Part shown: positions 10,153-20,269 of the stretch, one piece after another | How the letters are laid out: every line of letters begins with the position of its first letter | Position numbering within the stretch: the stretch's first letter is position 1 | Virus record (IMG/VR): IMGVR_UViG_3300021079_000001 | Coordinates: 47,401 to 111,400 of that record | Origin: a virus | Length of the DNA: 64,000 nt | Reading direction: 5' to 3' (one strand) | The notes under the pieces: generated by a model | What the model was told of the DNA's origin: nothing | What the model saw: only the letters and a program-made list of their open reading frames with translations | Databases searched by the model: none | Position numbers and translations under genes: made by a program

Positions 10153-11125
10153 TTCTATAAGAAAGTTATCAGGAATATATAAGATAACCAATTCTATAAC
10201 TTTAGATTCTTACATAGGAAGTAGTACTACAATAGGTATTAGATGGGCTACTCATATACGAGAGGTAAAGTCTAATACACATGATAATGCCCATCTGCAA
10301 CGAGCAGTTAATAAATATGGAGTACAGAATTTTAAATTCGAAATACTTGCTACATGCCCCAATGAGTATCTATTCAGCCTAGAACAGTGGTTCATAGATA
10401 ACTTAAATCCGAGCTATAATATTGAACGTAATGTAAAGAAGTATATTACATGGAGTAAAACAGATGTACAAAAGAAAAATAGCACAACTATTGTACCGGA
10501 TCAAATAAATAAAGTTAGATATCTAGCAAAATCAGGAAGCAGTATTAGGGAAATAAGTAAGAATGTAAACATTAGTACAAGAAGTGTGTGTGATATTATA
10601 AATGCAAAAGGCAGATTCAAAGATTATACCCCTATTATAACAGGAAAGCTAAATAAAAAACTAAGTACTGCAGATAAAGAAAGTATAATAAAACTCTATA
10701 TAAATGAGGCTCATTCATACCAATCTATTGCTGACCTATATAAAGTCTCTAAGGCTACTATATTTTATATACTAAAGGATATAGACATTACTATTAAAAT
10801 GCAAGATCATGTATCTACATTAAATACTGCTATAGATGCAGTAAGAAAACAGGAAGTTGTTAAATTACTAAAAGGAGGAAAAGGCAATCATAAAAGTAGT
10901 AGAAGAAAAAAAGTATACCTCTATTATATTAATTCATATGATTTACTTGCTACCTTTGAATCTCAAGTAGAAGCTAGTAAAGTATTAGGTATTTCATCTT
11001 CTGGTATATCGCACAATATAAAAGGGTTAACTAAATTTATGACGTTATCAGGTAAAAGTATTATACAAGGTAAGGTCCAATTCACTGATAAGATACGAGT
11101 TAAAGCATACGATAATAGCAAGTAA
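10130..11125 (+). CDS. GIY-YIG homing endonuclease with HTH/NUMOD1-like tail
   Basis: SGIYKITN..SYIGSS..RW..H motif, LEQWFID..YN, FESQVEASKVLG; AT-rich. Confidence 0.9.
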   Translation: MHTITQNSSIRKLSGIYKITNSITLDSYIGSSTTIGIRWATHIREVKSNTHDNAHLQRAVNKYGVQNFKFEILATCPNEYLFSLEQWFIDNLNPSYNIERNVKKYITWSKTDVQKKNSTTIVPDQINKVRYLAKSGSSIREISKNVNISTRSVCDIINAKGRFKDYTPIITGKLNKKLSTADKESIIKLYINEAHSYQSIADLYKVSKATIFYILKDIDITIKMQDHVSTLNTAIDAVRKQEVVKLLKGGKGNHKSSRRKKVYLYYINSYDLLATFESQVEASKVLGISSSGISHNIKGLTKFMTLSGKSIIQGKVQFTDKIRVKAYDNSK

Positions 11126-11126
11126 C

Positions 11127-14100
11127 ATGGGAATAGCCAGAACTGAATGTGGATTAGTATTCACAACAGGTAAACAGATAACTAAGGTGTTAGCAGATAA
11201 TAGGGAGGAATCCAGGTTATTTAAGGACCTTGTGGAACGTGTTACTGATATGAAGTCAGAGGACAAGGAGAAACTCCGAGAAGGGTATAGTGAATGGAAA
11301 AAAGAAGGTAAGGTATTCGATCTGGATAATAACCGTAATCTGGCACACGCAATATGGGCACAGACATCATCAGAGAAGTTTAATGAACTCTATAAAGGGG
11401 AAAAAGATGCTAATGGAGAACCACTAGCTGACAAGGCACTGGAAGTTATACAAGGCGCAGATACTCATATGCCAGTAAAGGATAAGGCTGCAGTAGCAGG
11501 AGAACTAGTATTTCCTGTAGTAGATCGTGTAAAGGAACTGAGTGGTAAAGAGGTCAAAGTACTAGATAGAGAAGGTAATCATGCCAGAATAGAGGTACGT
11601 GGAGAAAGTAAGGAAGCACAGAGAATAATCAAGGAGATTAACAAGGAATACCCTGGAGTAGCTGCTGAAGGTAGGCCGGGTGTTATAACACTCAATATAC
11701 CAGATGTTGAAGTAACCAGAAAGTACAATCAGTATGCAGATCAATACAAAGAGTCTACAGCTGATACATTTTACCAAAAATCAAATGAGAAGACATTACC
11801 ATCAAAAGCTAATCCTGCTACAGTAGCTGAATATGAAGAGTTTTTAAAGAGAAAGGGTGTTCCTATAATTACTACAGGTATATTAGATAAAGATGGTAAA
11901 CCCATACCAGCTAAGAATGCTGTAGACCTTGCACAGAATCTTGTATATATAGTAGATGGGGAAAAACCTACAGCACTAGGAGAAGAGACATTTCACTATG
12001 GCTCTCGTATTATACAAGCTCATGATCCTAAGCTATGGAAAGAGATGATGAATCGTGTAGGGAACTATAAGCTCTACGGAGATATAGTAGACCTATACAA
12101 GAATGATAAAAAATATCAGAACCCAGATGGTAGTATCAATATCCCTAAGATGAAAGAGGAAACTATTGGTAGGTTACTGCATGAGCATTATGTACAGGAG
12201 AGAGAAGGGTTGACAGAAAAACCAGAATTATTAGAACAACTACAAGGATGGTGGAAGAAGTTTGTAGAAGGGTTGAAATCGTTTTTTTCAGGTACAGGAT
12301 ATGACCCATTCAGAAAAGCGGCTAAACAGTTTGCAAGAGATAGAGGTGCATTCAAAACAGATAGAAAAATACATGAAGCTGTACACAAGCTAACAGATCA
12401 ATCAGAGAAAGAGTCATATAGTAACTTCAAAGACAGGACAATATCCAGTCTAAAAGACATAGCATCTAAAGTAAAAGATAAGACAGTCGTAGTAACACAT
12501 GGTACTGTATTGGATATGGCTAGGTCATGGAAAGAAAACATGTATAACGATAATATATCTGAAGATAGTTATAACAAGAAAGAAACAGAGAATGGTCATG
12601 TATTAGAACTTCAAGTAGGTGATAAGACTTTGTATTTGGTAAGACATGGTGAATCTACTGCTAATGTATTGGAAGAACCCTCAACTGATGAAACGCCTTT
12701 AACTGGTAAAGGACAGGAAGATGCAGTAATGGCTGCACAAGAATTAAAAGAAAAAGGTGTAACAGAAGTACTTAATACAGATACAGAAAGAACAGATCAT
12801 ACAGCAGCTATTATTAGAAAAGAATTGCAAGGTGAAGACACCTTCTTACAGAAGAAAGAAGAGACAGGTGAAGAAAAAAGAGACAACGCTTTCGATAAAA
12901 TAACTGAAGTAGGTAGTAAAGTGGTAAGACCTACTGAGCCAGGTAAAAAATACACATATGCTGGTGCTGAAGTTCCTACCAGGGTACATGATAAAATAGC
13001 TGCTGAACAAAAGAAGAAAATGGGGAAAATGACATTCTCCAGTAAAGAAGAAGAAGAGAAGTATACTAAACATACAGAAAAGGCTATTCAATTAGGTACA
13101 GATATATCTTCAGATCTTGATCAAATTGTGTCTGAAGTAGTAGATAAGAGTACTGGTTTAAAAAGAGACAGAATAGAAGAAGATCATGGTTATATACCAA
13201 TAACAGATAAATATCAATCAGATATGGATAAAGCTGTAAATGGTTCTATCTATGATAATCTAAAATTGATGATAAGGGGATGGGATGAACCTAATAAAGC
13301 AGATATTCATAACCCTATACATCATAATGGTATACTAGACTTATATCCTGAAGGTACTAAGTTTATCTGGGATGTATCTTTATATGATCCTAATGCAGCA
13401 TTCCAAGGAAAGAGTGGTATGGCCGGTACACCTGACTTTATAGCTATTACTCCAGATGGTATTGCACATCTACATGACTGGAAATCAGTTGGTCGTACAG
13501 GAGAAATAAAAGGGTATACTAAAGAAGCCTACAACCTACAGATGAAAGCATATGCTAAGATGTTGAAAGATGCATATGGAGTGGAGGTACAGACAGCTCG
13601 TATGGATATTATGGGTGTTAAATGGGGAGAAGGTGATAGTGTAAAAGGTGTAAATATACACGGTATAGATCTTTCTATGTCAGCTGGTGAACTGTATAGA
13701 CCTTATCTGACTGATATACATAAAACAGGAGATAAGGTGATAGATGACTATGCAGATCGTCTTATAGGAATGCTCAATGCCTTACAGGCTAAGGATATGT
13801 CAGATGCAGAAAGGGTAACAAGAAGTAGAAGAGCTGCTGATTTAGAAAAAGCAATACTCAGATTACGTCTTGAAAAGTCATTTGCTCCTATTATGGAACA
13901 AGGTGATCAGTTTATTAAGTATGCTGATAGGGAACAAGCCAGAATAGCATCAAGTAACGTGGACTTCTCTAATATGGATATGAAGGAGTTCAGTAAAGAA
14001 GCTGGTAATCTTATTGTTCTAAAAGACAATCTGCAGATATATAAAGACCTTAGTAAGTTTAAAGGGTATATGCAAGATGCTGATAAACTACAGGCATTAG

Positions 14101-16910
14101 AACAGTTAATAACTAAAGCTGAGAATCTCTATAATAAACAGATAGAGATGAATATGAAAGTAGCTTCAGAATGGTTTAAAGATAAAACTATAGATGATAT
14201 AGCAAAAGCACAAAAACAATACGGGGCAATTGCAGGTACAGTAAGGGAAAGAAGTAATCAAGAACTAACTACTGTACAAGGTCTGCAGGATGTACTACAA
14301 AATCTGAGTAACCGTAGTCAGAATAGGATAAACGACACACTTTATGACTTTACTAATGATATTGGTACAGGTATATACGATGAAGTTAGCAAATGGGGTG
14401 ATGAAAAAAAGTTATGGAGTGTTATAGGTGCAAAAGATAAGAATAAATTGATTAGCCCATTTAAGTCAGAATTTTATGAAGAGTTAGATAAAGCTAAAGA
14501 AGCTAAAGATATTCAATGGGTAAAAGATCATACTGATAATAAAGCATTAGAAGATTATCTTAATAAGAAAAGAGAAAGTCAACTCAGAGATCTTTATGAA
14601 TATTATCATCTAGCATCTCAGGGTATGACAATGGATAAGCCATGGGAATGGGGTAGAGGTGTAGATACTAAACTGGAAGAATCGGTTGAAAGAATACTAA
14701 AATATACAGAACATGCAGGAAAAGAAGGTAATCAAAACTGGTACAGTAATGCCCATAAGTTTCCAAAGAAACTTAATGCAGATGGTTCTTATACTAAATG
14801 GGTAAGTGAAGAGATGAAAAACTTAGAACGTCCAGGAAATGCACCTGCTAAAAAGTTCTATGATTATATTCAAAAATGGAATAATCAGTTTGCTACATCT
14901 GGATACCTACAATGGGAAGGTGCTCGTACATTCTTACCACATGTACCTAAAGAAACTGTAACTAAAATATTCTCAGGAGGATTTAATATTAAAGATGGGT
15001 TATTGAGTCTATATACTAGTAAAGTGATAGAAGACAGAGATCCATTGAGAGATCCTCGTACAGGTGAAATTATTAATAGTCTACCTAAATCTTTTCAAAG
15101 TAGATTATCTGAAAAAGAAGTATCTAAAGATCTTATCAAAAACCAACTCCTTCACATAATGAAAGGAATAGAGTGGGAAGAAAAGAATGCTGTAGAGGAT
15201 ATAATATATCTACTGCAGGATATAGAACGATCTAAGGGTATGTTAGAGCCTACTCAAAAAGGAATGGTGACAGGTAAAGTAATAGGTATTGGAGAAAAGA
15301 CAGATAATGTGAAACTGCTTAACGACTTTATTGATATAGGATTTTACAATATACACGATCTCGGTAATGATGCCCAGTTTGGTAAAGTAAAAATGACTAG
15401 TGATGGAAAAGAGGTAAAAGCCTCCGGTAGCAAAATGTTAAGCACAGTTACAGGTGCGGGGTCAATGGCTATATTATCCTGGAAACCATCTATTATAGCA
15501 TTTCGTTCATTGGAGACTACTTTACAAGGTTTATATAATGCCAATAAGTATTTCTCAGCAAAAACTCAATTACAAGGTTTATATGACTTTATAGCATCTA
15601 GGGCATTTAAAGGAAGTAATGAACTTACAATAGGATTATTGAAATCATTCTTACCTGAAGAAGAACAACTACATATAGCTGCTAAAGGACTATCTCTTAA
15701 TAAATTGAATAATCTGAATGTACAAGAATTTCTGATGAAGGGAGTGAAGTCAGCGCATAATATAGTAGTATATAGTAACTTTTTTGCACACATGGAAAGT
15801 GCTATTGTTATAGATGGTAAGATACACAATGTACGGGAGTATTACAGATCTTTACCTGAGAGTGCTAATCGATATAAAGATATAACTAAATATGAAAAAG
15901 AGTTACCTACTAAATGTAAAGAACTACTAGATAAGTACGGTCTCATGAAATTTGCCAAGTATAATAAAGAAACAGGTAAAATGGACTATCCGGGACTTGA
16001 TCTTAACGATAGGTCAGTTGCTGCTTTTAAACAGCTTATACGTGTAACAGGAAGAGAGATGTCGGGTAATATTAGTCATGAAGATCAGTCTCGTATGAGA
16101 TCTAATGTATGGTGGAGACAAATGTTAATGTATAATAACTGGTTACCCAGACAATGGGATGTACGTGCAGGTAATTTAGCATATAACAAAGGTAAAGATT
16201 CATATGAATGGGGGCGTACTCGTGTATTTGCTCAAGTAGTATTTGCTGAAGGATTTTTACCTGCAGCTACTAAAATATTAAAGACACTGGTAGGTATGGA
16301 TGAGGTTACTCGTGGTACTGAAAAAGGGTTGGGACAACTACAAGAGATGTATAACAAAACTGTAGAAGATCAGTTAAAAAAAGGCGTAGAACTAAAAATG
16401 ACAAAAGAAGAGTTCTATGATCTAGTAAGGGATAAAGTAAAGAACCAAGTAAGAGAATTTCAAGTAGTATTAGCTGTATGTGCTGCATATTGGGGACTTA
16501 TGGCAATGTTGCCTAAGAAAGGTGATGATGATTATGAAGAAACAGTTGCTCAATTTGGATTATTAAAGAAAACTATGTTGAAAGCTAAAGAGGCTATGAC
16601 TTCTTATTACAATCCTTCTTCTTTTCTTGAGTTTGGAGGTGGTACTAAGTTCCCTGTAGTTAGTTATATTAAAGATGCTGTAACTGCTACTGAAAGTACA
16701 TTAGGTGCTGTATGGGGTATGTCTGCATCAGCAGCAGGATGGGATGAGTATGGCGATAATATAATACACAAGGATCATGTTATTAAAGATTGGGGAAAGC
16801 TGTTTCCTATAATAAGAGCAGGAGAACAGGAAATATTACCTATATTGGATAAAGATATGGCTGATTATCTTGGTATAAAATCTTATCAAGGTCAAGCATT
16901 TTCTAAATAA
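11127..16910 (+). CDS. Giant internal virion/ejection protein with degenerate zincin, permuted histidine phosphatase and PD-(D/E)XK nuclease domains
   Basis: 1927 aa next to vRNAP; GEETFH; VVVTHG then LVRHGES (12405-12830); GTPDF..HDWKS..LQMKAY (about 13300-13640). Confidence 0.7.
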   Translation: MGIARTECGLVFTTGKQITKVLADNREESRLFKDLVERVTDMKSEDKEKLREGYSEWKKEGKVFDLDNNRNLAHAIWAQTSSEKFNELYKGEKDANGEPLADKALEVIQGADTHMPVKDKAAVAGELVFPVVDRVKELSGKEVKVLDREGNHARIEVRGESKEAQRIIKEINKEYPGVAAEGRPGVITLNIPDVEVTRKYNQYADQYKESTADTFYQKSNEKTLPSKANPATVAEYEEFLKRKGVPIITTGILDKDGKPIPAKNAVDLAQNLVYIVDGEKPTALGEETFHYGSRIIQAHDPKLWKEMMNRVGNYKLYGDIVDLYKNDKKYQNPDGSINIPKMKEETIGRLLHEHYVQEREGLTEKPELLEQLQGWWKKFVEGLKSFFSGTGYDPFRKAAKQFARDRGAFKTDRKIHEAVHKLTDQSEKESYSNFKDRTISSLKDIASKVKDKTVVVTHGTVLDMARSWKENMYNDNISEDSYNKKETENGHVLELQVGDKTLYLVRHGESTANVLEEPSTDETPLTGKGQEDAVMAAQELKEKGVTEVLNTDTERTDHTAAIIRKELQGEDTFLQKKEETGEEKRDNAFDKITEVGSKVVRPTEPGKKYTYAGAEVPTRVHDKIAAEQKKKMGKMTFSSKEEEEKYTKHTEKAIQLGTDISSDLDQIVSEVVDKSTGLKRDRIEEDHGYIPITDKYQSDMDKAVNGSIYDNLKLMIRGWDEPNKADIHNPIHHNGILDLYPEGTKFIWDVSLYDPNAAFQGKSGMAGTPDFIAITPDGIAHLHDWKSVGRTGEIKGYTKEAYNLQMKAYAKMLKDAYGVEVQTARMDIMGVKWGEGDSVKGVNIHGIDLSMSAGELYRPYLTDIHKTGDKVIDDYADRLIGMLNALQAKDMSDAERVTRSRRAADLEKAILRLRLEKSFAPIMEQGDQFIKYADREQARIASSNVDFSNMDMKEFSKEAGNLIVLKDNLQIYKDLSKFKGYMQDADKLQALEQLITKAENLYNKQIEMNMKVASEWFKDKTIDDIAKAQKQYGAIAGTVRERSNQELTTVQGLQDVLQNLSNRSQNRINDTLYDFTNDIGTGIYDEVSKWGDEKKLWSVIGAKDKNKLISPFKSEFYEELDKAKEAKDIQWVKDHTDNKALEDYLNKKRESQLRDLYEYYHLASQGMTMDKPWEWGRGVDTKLEESVERILKYTEHAGKEGNQNWYSNAHKFPKKLNADGSYTKWVSEEMKNLERPGNAPAKKFYDYIQKWNNQFATSGYLQWEGARTFLPHVPKETVTKIFSGGFNIKDGLLSLYTSKVIEDRDPLRDPRTGEIINSLPKSFQSRLSEKEVSKDLIKNQLLHIMKGIEWEEKNAVEDIIYLLQDIERSKGMLEPTQKGMVTGKVIGIGEKTDNVKLLNDFIDIGFYNIHDLGNDAQFGKVKMTSDGKEVKASGSKMLSTVTGAGSMAILSWKPSIIAFRSLETTLQGLYNANKYFSAKTQLQGLYDFIASRAFKGSNELTIGLLKSFLPEEEQLHIAAKGLSLNKLNNLNVQEFLMKGVKSAHNIVVYSNFFAHMESAIVIDGKIHNVREYYRSLPESANRYKDITKYEKELPTKCKELLDKYGLMKFAKYNKETGKMDYPGLDLNDRSVAAFKQLIRVTGREMSGNISHEDQSRMRSNVWWRQMLMYNNWLPRQWDVRAGNLAYNKGKDSYEWGRTRVFAQVVFAEGFLPAATKILKTLVGMDEVTRGTEKGLGQLQEMYNKTVEDQLKKGVELKMTKEEFYDLVRDKVKNQVREFQVVLAVCAAYWGLMAMLPKKGDDDYEETVAQFGLLKKTMLKAKEAMTSYYNPSSFLEFGGGTKFPVVSYIKDAVTATESTLGAVWGMSASAAGWDEYGDNIIHKDHVIKDWGKLFPIIRAGEQEILPILDKDMADYLGIKSYQGQAFSK

Positions 16911-16967
16911 TGACCTATATAGGTTACTAAATTAACTACATACTGAGTGTAACTAAGAATAACTGTA

Positions 16968-16975
16968 TACATTTG
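16968..16975 (+). promoter_or_regulatory. Bacteroidota -7 promoter element TACATTTG
   Basis: Matches TAnnTTTG; intergenic, upstream of structural block. Confidence 0.5.
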
Positions 16976-17038
16976 TACTGTTAGCTTCGTTATACTCTTT
17001 CTTTTATGAGTATTTCACATTCTAAATGTTAAGGCTAT

Positions 17039-17455
17039 ATGATACAACCAGGTACCCAATTCGGTAAGAGAGGTAGAGTAACTACCAGATCATCTTCAGA
17101 AGAGTCTAAATGGCTTGAACTGATAGTAATGGCTATGAATAATGAGGGTGGACAGCTCTCAGCTATATTAGCAGCACTAGTAAGTTCACCTACTCCATAC
17201 AATACAGCAGCACAGGCTATAATGGTCACTACAGACAGTCCCATTACCTATACTGCAGGTAGTATACATTCCATATCATTTCAGGTTATTAGTGGTAATA
17301 TGTATGTGTCTATGGATGGTGGATTTACTACTATTAAATATCCTGCAGGTAGTAATATTAATCTACAGGCTGATAGCTTATTCAACACCGATATATCATT
17401 CACTATACCGGGTACTAGAACTAATACTACGCTCATACAAACAACTGCTATATAA
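17039..17455 (+). CDS. Putative virion/tail protein
   Basis: Beta-rich, S/T/G-rich; coupled to fibre gene. Confidence 0.5.
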   Translation: MIQPGTQFGKRGRVTTRSSSEESKWLELIVMAMNNEGGQLSAILAALVSSPTPYNTAAQAIMVTTDSPITYTAGSIHSISFQVISGNMYVSMDGGFTTIKYPAGSNINLQADSLFNTDISFTIPGTRTNTTLIQTTAI

Positions 17456-18651
17456 TGGCATACACTAATTCTATATATATTCCACCTACTATATCTATAG
17501 AAGATATGCAAGTAGATACGTCTGGTGGCGATGTAACTATAAATGATGGTGTAAGAGGGTTGTATTATGATCCTGCAACTATAGTTGCCGTTGCTACTAT
17601 TACAATGATGGCAAACCCTGTAGATGGGCAAGAAATTATCATACCTTTTGGAGGAACTATAACATCAGGCACTGTAATTACTTCTGTTACATTTTCACCT
17701 AATACAGGACAAACTATTGTATATACACCTTTTTCTTTTGGTATTAACGCAGGTGATACTTTAATGTGTAAGTATAAATATAATACATTACAATGGTATA
17801 TATCTTTAGTTACAGATGGATCTAACATACCAACATTAGATGAAGTGTTAACAGTCGGTAATACATCTGCAAACTATATTCAAATAGTAAGTGGAACTAA
17901 TTCAAATACAATTGAAAATAATAAAACAACTATATCAGATGCTTCTTATGGACTTAGATTAGATACCAATAGTTTATTATTTAGTCAAGTTGGTGCAGCA
18001 GCACAAGGCGTACTTAGTTCAGCAGCAATGACTGCAAGTGCATCATGGTCTTGGGTATTACCTGATAAAAGTGGTACTATTGCAACAACTGGTGATATAC
18101 CATCACAAGCTACTATAAGAGCTTATATAAGTGGGGCATCAGGAGTTTCTTATAATAATACAACTGGTGTGGCTTCCATAAATGAAGGTTATATTAATCA
18201 ATGGACTATTGTTCAGAGATTTAATGCGGGATTGAATTGTAATTATGCTTCTTTTATACCTGCTGCACCAGCTTCTGGTTTTGAACTATTTACAAATGCA
18301 AGTAATGACCTAGCTTGGAAAAACCCAGATACATATACAAGGTCAATAAAAAGTACCCTAACTGCTGATAGAAATTATACATTACCAAATAGTAGTGGTA
18401 CAATAGCCTTGGTAAGTAATATTCCTGTTATAGTAATGGGGTTATATACTACTACAGCAGGAGCATTAGATACTTCGTTTGTGTTTGCACATGGACTTGG
18501 TTATACTCCCACACATGTTAATGTTACTGCTAAAACAGCGGGAGCTGCATTACCTTATTATGTAACTTGGGATGGTACTAATATAACTGTAACCACATTG
18601 TCAGCACCGGGGATTGTGTCGGTCTCCTATAGTTGGGAAAGCATTAAATAG
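17455..18651 (+). CDS. Putative tail fibre/spike protein
   Basis: PTLDEVLTVGN, repeated LPD/NxSGTIA, C-terminal FAHGLGYTP module. Confidence 0.65.
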   Translation: MAYTNSIYIPPTISIEDMQVDTSGGDVTINDGVRGLYYDPATIVAVATITMMANPVDGQEIIIPFGGTITSGTVITSVTFSPNTGQTIVYTPFSFGINAGDTLMCKYKYNTLQWYISLVTDGSNIPTLDEVLTVGNTSANYIQIVSGTNSNTIENNKTTISDASYGLRLDTNSLLFSQVGAAAQGVLSSAAMTASASWSWVLPDKSGTIATTGDIPSQATIRAYISGASGVSYNNTTGVASINEGYINQWTIVQRFNAGLNCNYASFIPAAPASGFELFTNASNDLAWKNPDTYTRSIKSTLTADRNYTLPNSSGTIALVSNIPVIVMGLYTTTAGALDTSFVFAHGLGYTPTHVNVTAKTAGAALPYYVTWDGTNITVTTLSAPGIVSVSYSWESIK

Positions 18652-18657
18652 TAATAG

Positions 18658-18960
18658 ATGAACTTAAAAGACTTCAACATATTACCAGTATTCAAGGACG
18701 GAGCACTATCACTGTTCAGTGATGGAAAGTTCTCAATGAAAAGGCTATTAGCATTCATATTCGGAATAGCTATACTGTGGATGACTCGTCACCTACTTTA
18801 CAATGTGATACCGAAAGACAACCAGATGGTATTCATGCACTGTTTCGATATCATAGCAGGACTCATTGGTACATTACTGGTAGCAGCTACTGTAAAGGAT
18901 GCGTATGTACAGAAGGGAACTACCACTACAACAGATACTAAGATAGAAGATAATAAATAA
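18658..18960 (+). CDS. Holin-like two-TM membrane protein
   Basis: GKFSMKRLLAF followed by two hydrophobic helices; polar Thr-rich tail. Confidence 0.55.
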   Translation: MNLKDFNILPVFKDGALSLFSDGKFSMKRLLAFIFGIAILWMTRHLLYNVIPKDNQMVFMHCFDIIAGLIGTLLVAATVKDAYVQKGTTTTTDTKIEDNK

Positions 18961-18988
18961 CATTCATAAACAATTAAACACTAATAAC

Positions 18989-19366
18989 ATGACACGTTCA
19001 TTTTCAGACAGTCCAGCATTTCAGCCACAGAACTTCCTTGACTTCATAACTGTTACTAACCTGGCATCTGGTGGTGCTATTGGTACAGCTATTGCTACTG
19101 TAGATCAGTATCAGGGGGCGTATATCAGTCAGACTACTGCTGGTCAGACACTTTCATTACCAGCAACTACAGGAAGTACTCCTAAGAGCTTCTGGATAGT
19201 GAATACCGGTAGTGTATCATTCACAATAGGGCAAAAAGTAGTGTTCCCTGGTACATCGTTGATGGCTATATTCTCTGGTATTTCTATCCCTAACCAGGGT
19301 AAGGTATGGGTGTATGGAGCAGCTTCAGCAACAATAACTACAACTACGACTACCACAGCACCATAA
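18989..19366 (+). CDS. Putative virion decoration protein with poly-Thr tail
   Basis: Beta-rich small protein ending ATITTTTTTAP. Confidence 0.5.
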   Translation: MTRSFSDSPAFQPQNFLDFITVTNLASGGAIGTAIATVDQYQGAYISQTTAGQTLSLPATTGSTPKSFWIVNTGSVSFTIGQKVVFPGTSLMAIFSGISIPNQGKVWVYGAASATITTTTTTTAP

Positions 19367-19370
19367 TTAA

Positions 19371-19415
19371 TTTGGTAGTTTCGTAGTAATAGTGTAAATT
19401 TACAGAAACTACCAA
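19371..19415 (+). promoter_or_regulatory. 11-bp hairpin abutting HNH start codon, with embedded promoter
   Basis: TTGGTAGTTTC (19372-82) pairs with GAAACTACCAA (19405-15); TTTG-N20-TAAATTTA inside. Confidence 0.6.
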
Positions 19416-19416
19416 T

Positions 19417-20235
19417 ATGTCTACAACAAGACAACAGGCTCCTGTAGTAGAGGGAAGAAGAGTCTGTAAAGAGTGTAAAGAAAACAAATTAATAGACGAG
19501 TATTACAGCAGACACAACTGTATATCTCAGACATGTATAAGTTGTTTTAATATAAAAAGAAAAGCAGCATATAGGTTAAAAAAGGAAGAGCAGGGTATAG
19601 AGTTAAGGAATTTGAAAGTGAAAAAATGCCTATCCTGTGGTGTAGAAAAAGAAAGAACTATAGATAACTATACAACAAGAGGTAGAAATTTCTCTAATAT
19701 TTGCAGAGCATGTACCGATGATGTATTCGAATCTATAAAACAGAATAAAATAAATAAGGGACCCTTACCAGAGAGTAGTACAAGACTGTGTACTAGATGT
19801 ATGGAAGACAAATTAATAGGAGAATTCTATTATTCTGTATCGCATCAAGTATATAGAGATCCTTGTAAAAAGTGTTGGGGATTGAAGTACTATAATAGTG
19901 AAAAAAGAAAAAACTGGTCGAGTGGTAATGTGAATAGAGCAACACGATTATTATCCTCTTATAGGGTATTTGATATAAAGAGGGGATTGGAGTACGGATT
20001 GAGTAAAGAGTATATAAATGATCAGCTTCAAAAGAGTTGCACATACTGTGGGTATCCTGCTACAGGACTAGATAGAATAGATAACACAAAAGGTCATACA
20101 GATGAAAACTGTATACCATGTTGTTGGGAGTGTAATACAGCCAGGATGAGCAACTTCACAGTAGATGAGATGAGAATAATAGGAAGAGGAATAAAAGAAG
20201 TAAAAGACAACAGGTACAAGACAACGACAGTATAA
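19417..20235 (+). CDS. HNH endonuclease with tandem CxxC zinc fingers
   Basis: Three CxxC..CxxC repeats plus CTYCG..GLDRIDNTKGH..NCIPCCWECN. Confidence 0.85.
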   Translation: MSTTRQQAPVVEGRRVCKECKENKLIDEYYSRHNCISQTCISCFNIKRKAAYRLKKEEQGIELRNLKVKKCLSCGVEKERTIDNYTTRGRNFSNICRACTDDVFESIKQNKINKGPLPESSTRLCTRCMEDKLIGEFYYSVSHQVYRDPCKKCWGLKYYNSEKRKNWSSGNVNRATRLLSSYRVFDIKRGLEYGLSKEYINDQLQKSCTYCGYPATGLDRIDNTKGHTDENCIPCCWECNTARMSNFTVDEMRIIGRGIKEVKDNRYKTTTV

Positions 20236-20269
20236 CATACTCATTATCAACTAATTACAACTACATATT

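Noticed and set aside
10130-11125. Group I intron interpretation of the endonuclease inserts
   Set aside because: Target genes are complete upstream, there is no room for a ribozyme core, and no P7-like motifs were seen
314-16488. Many minus-strand ORFs inside the giant genes (and plus-strand ORFs across 24-60 kb)
   Set aside because: Antisense shadows of real genes; S/L/I/F-rich with no motifs
17455-18651. Diversity-generating retroelement target
   Set aside because: No reverse transcriptase or template repeat seen in the window
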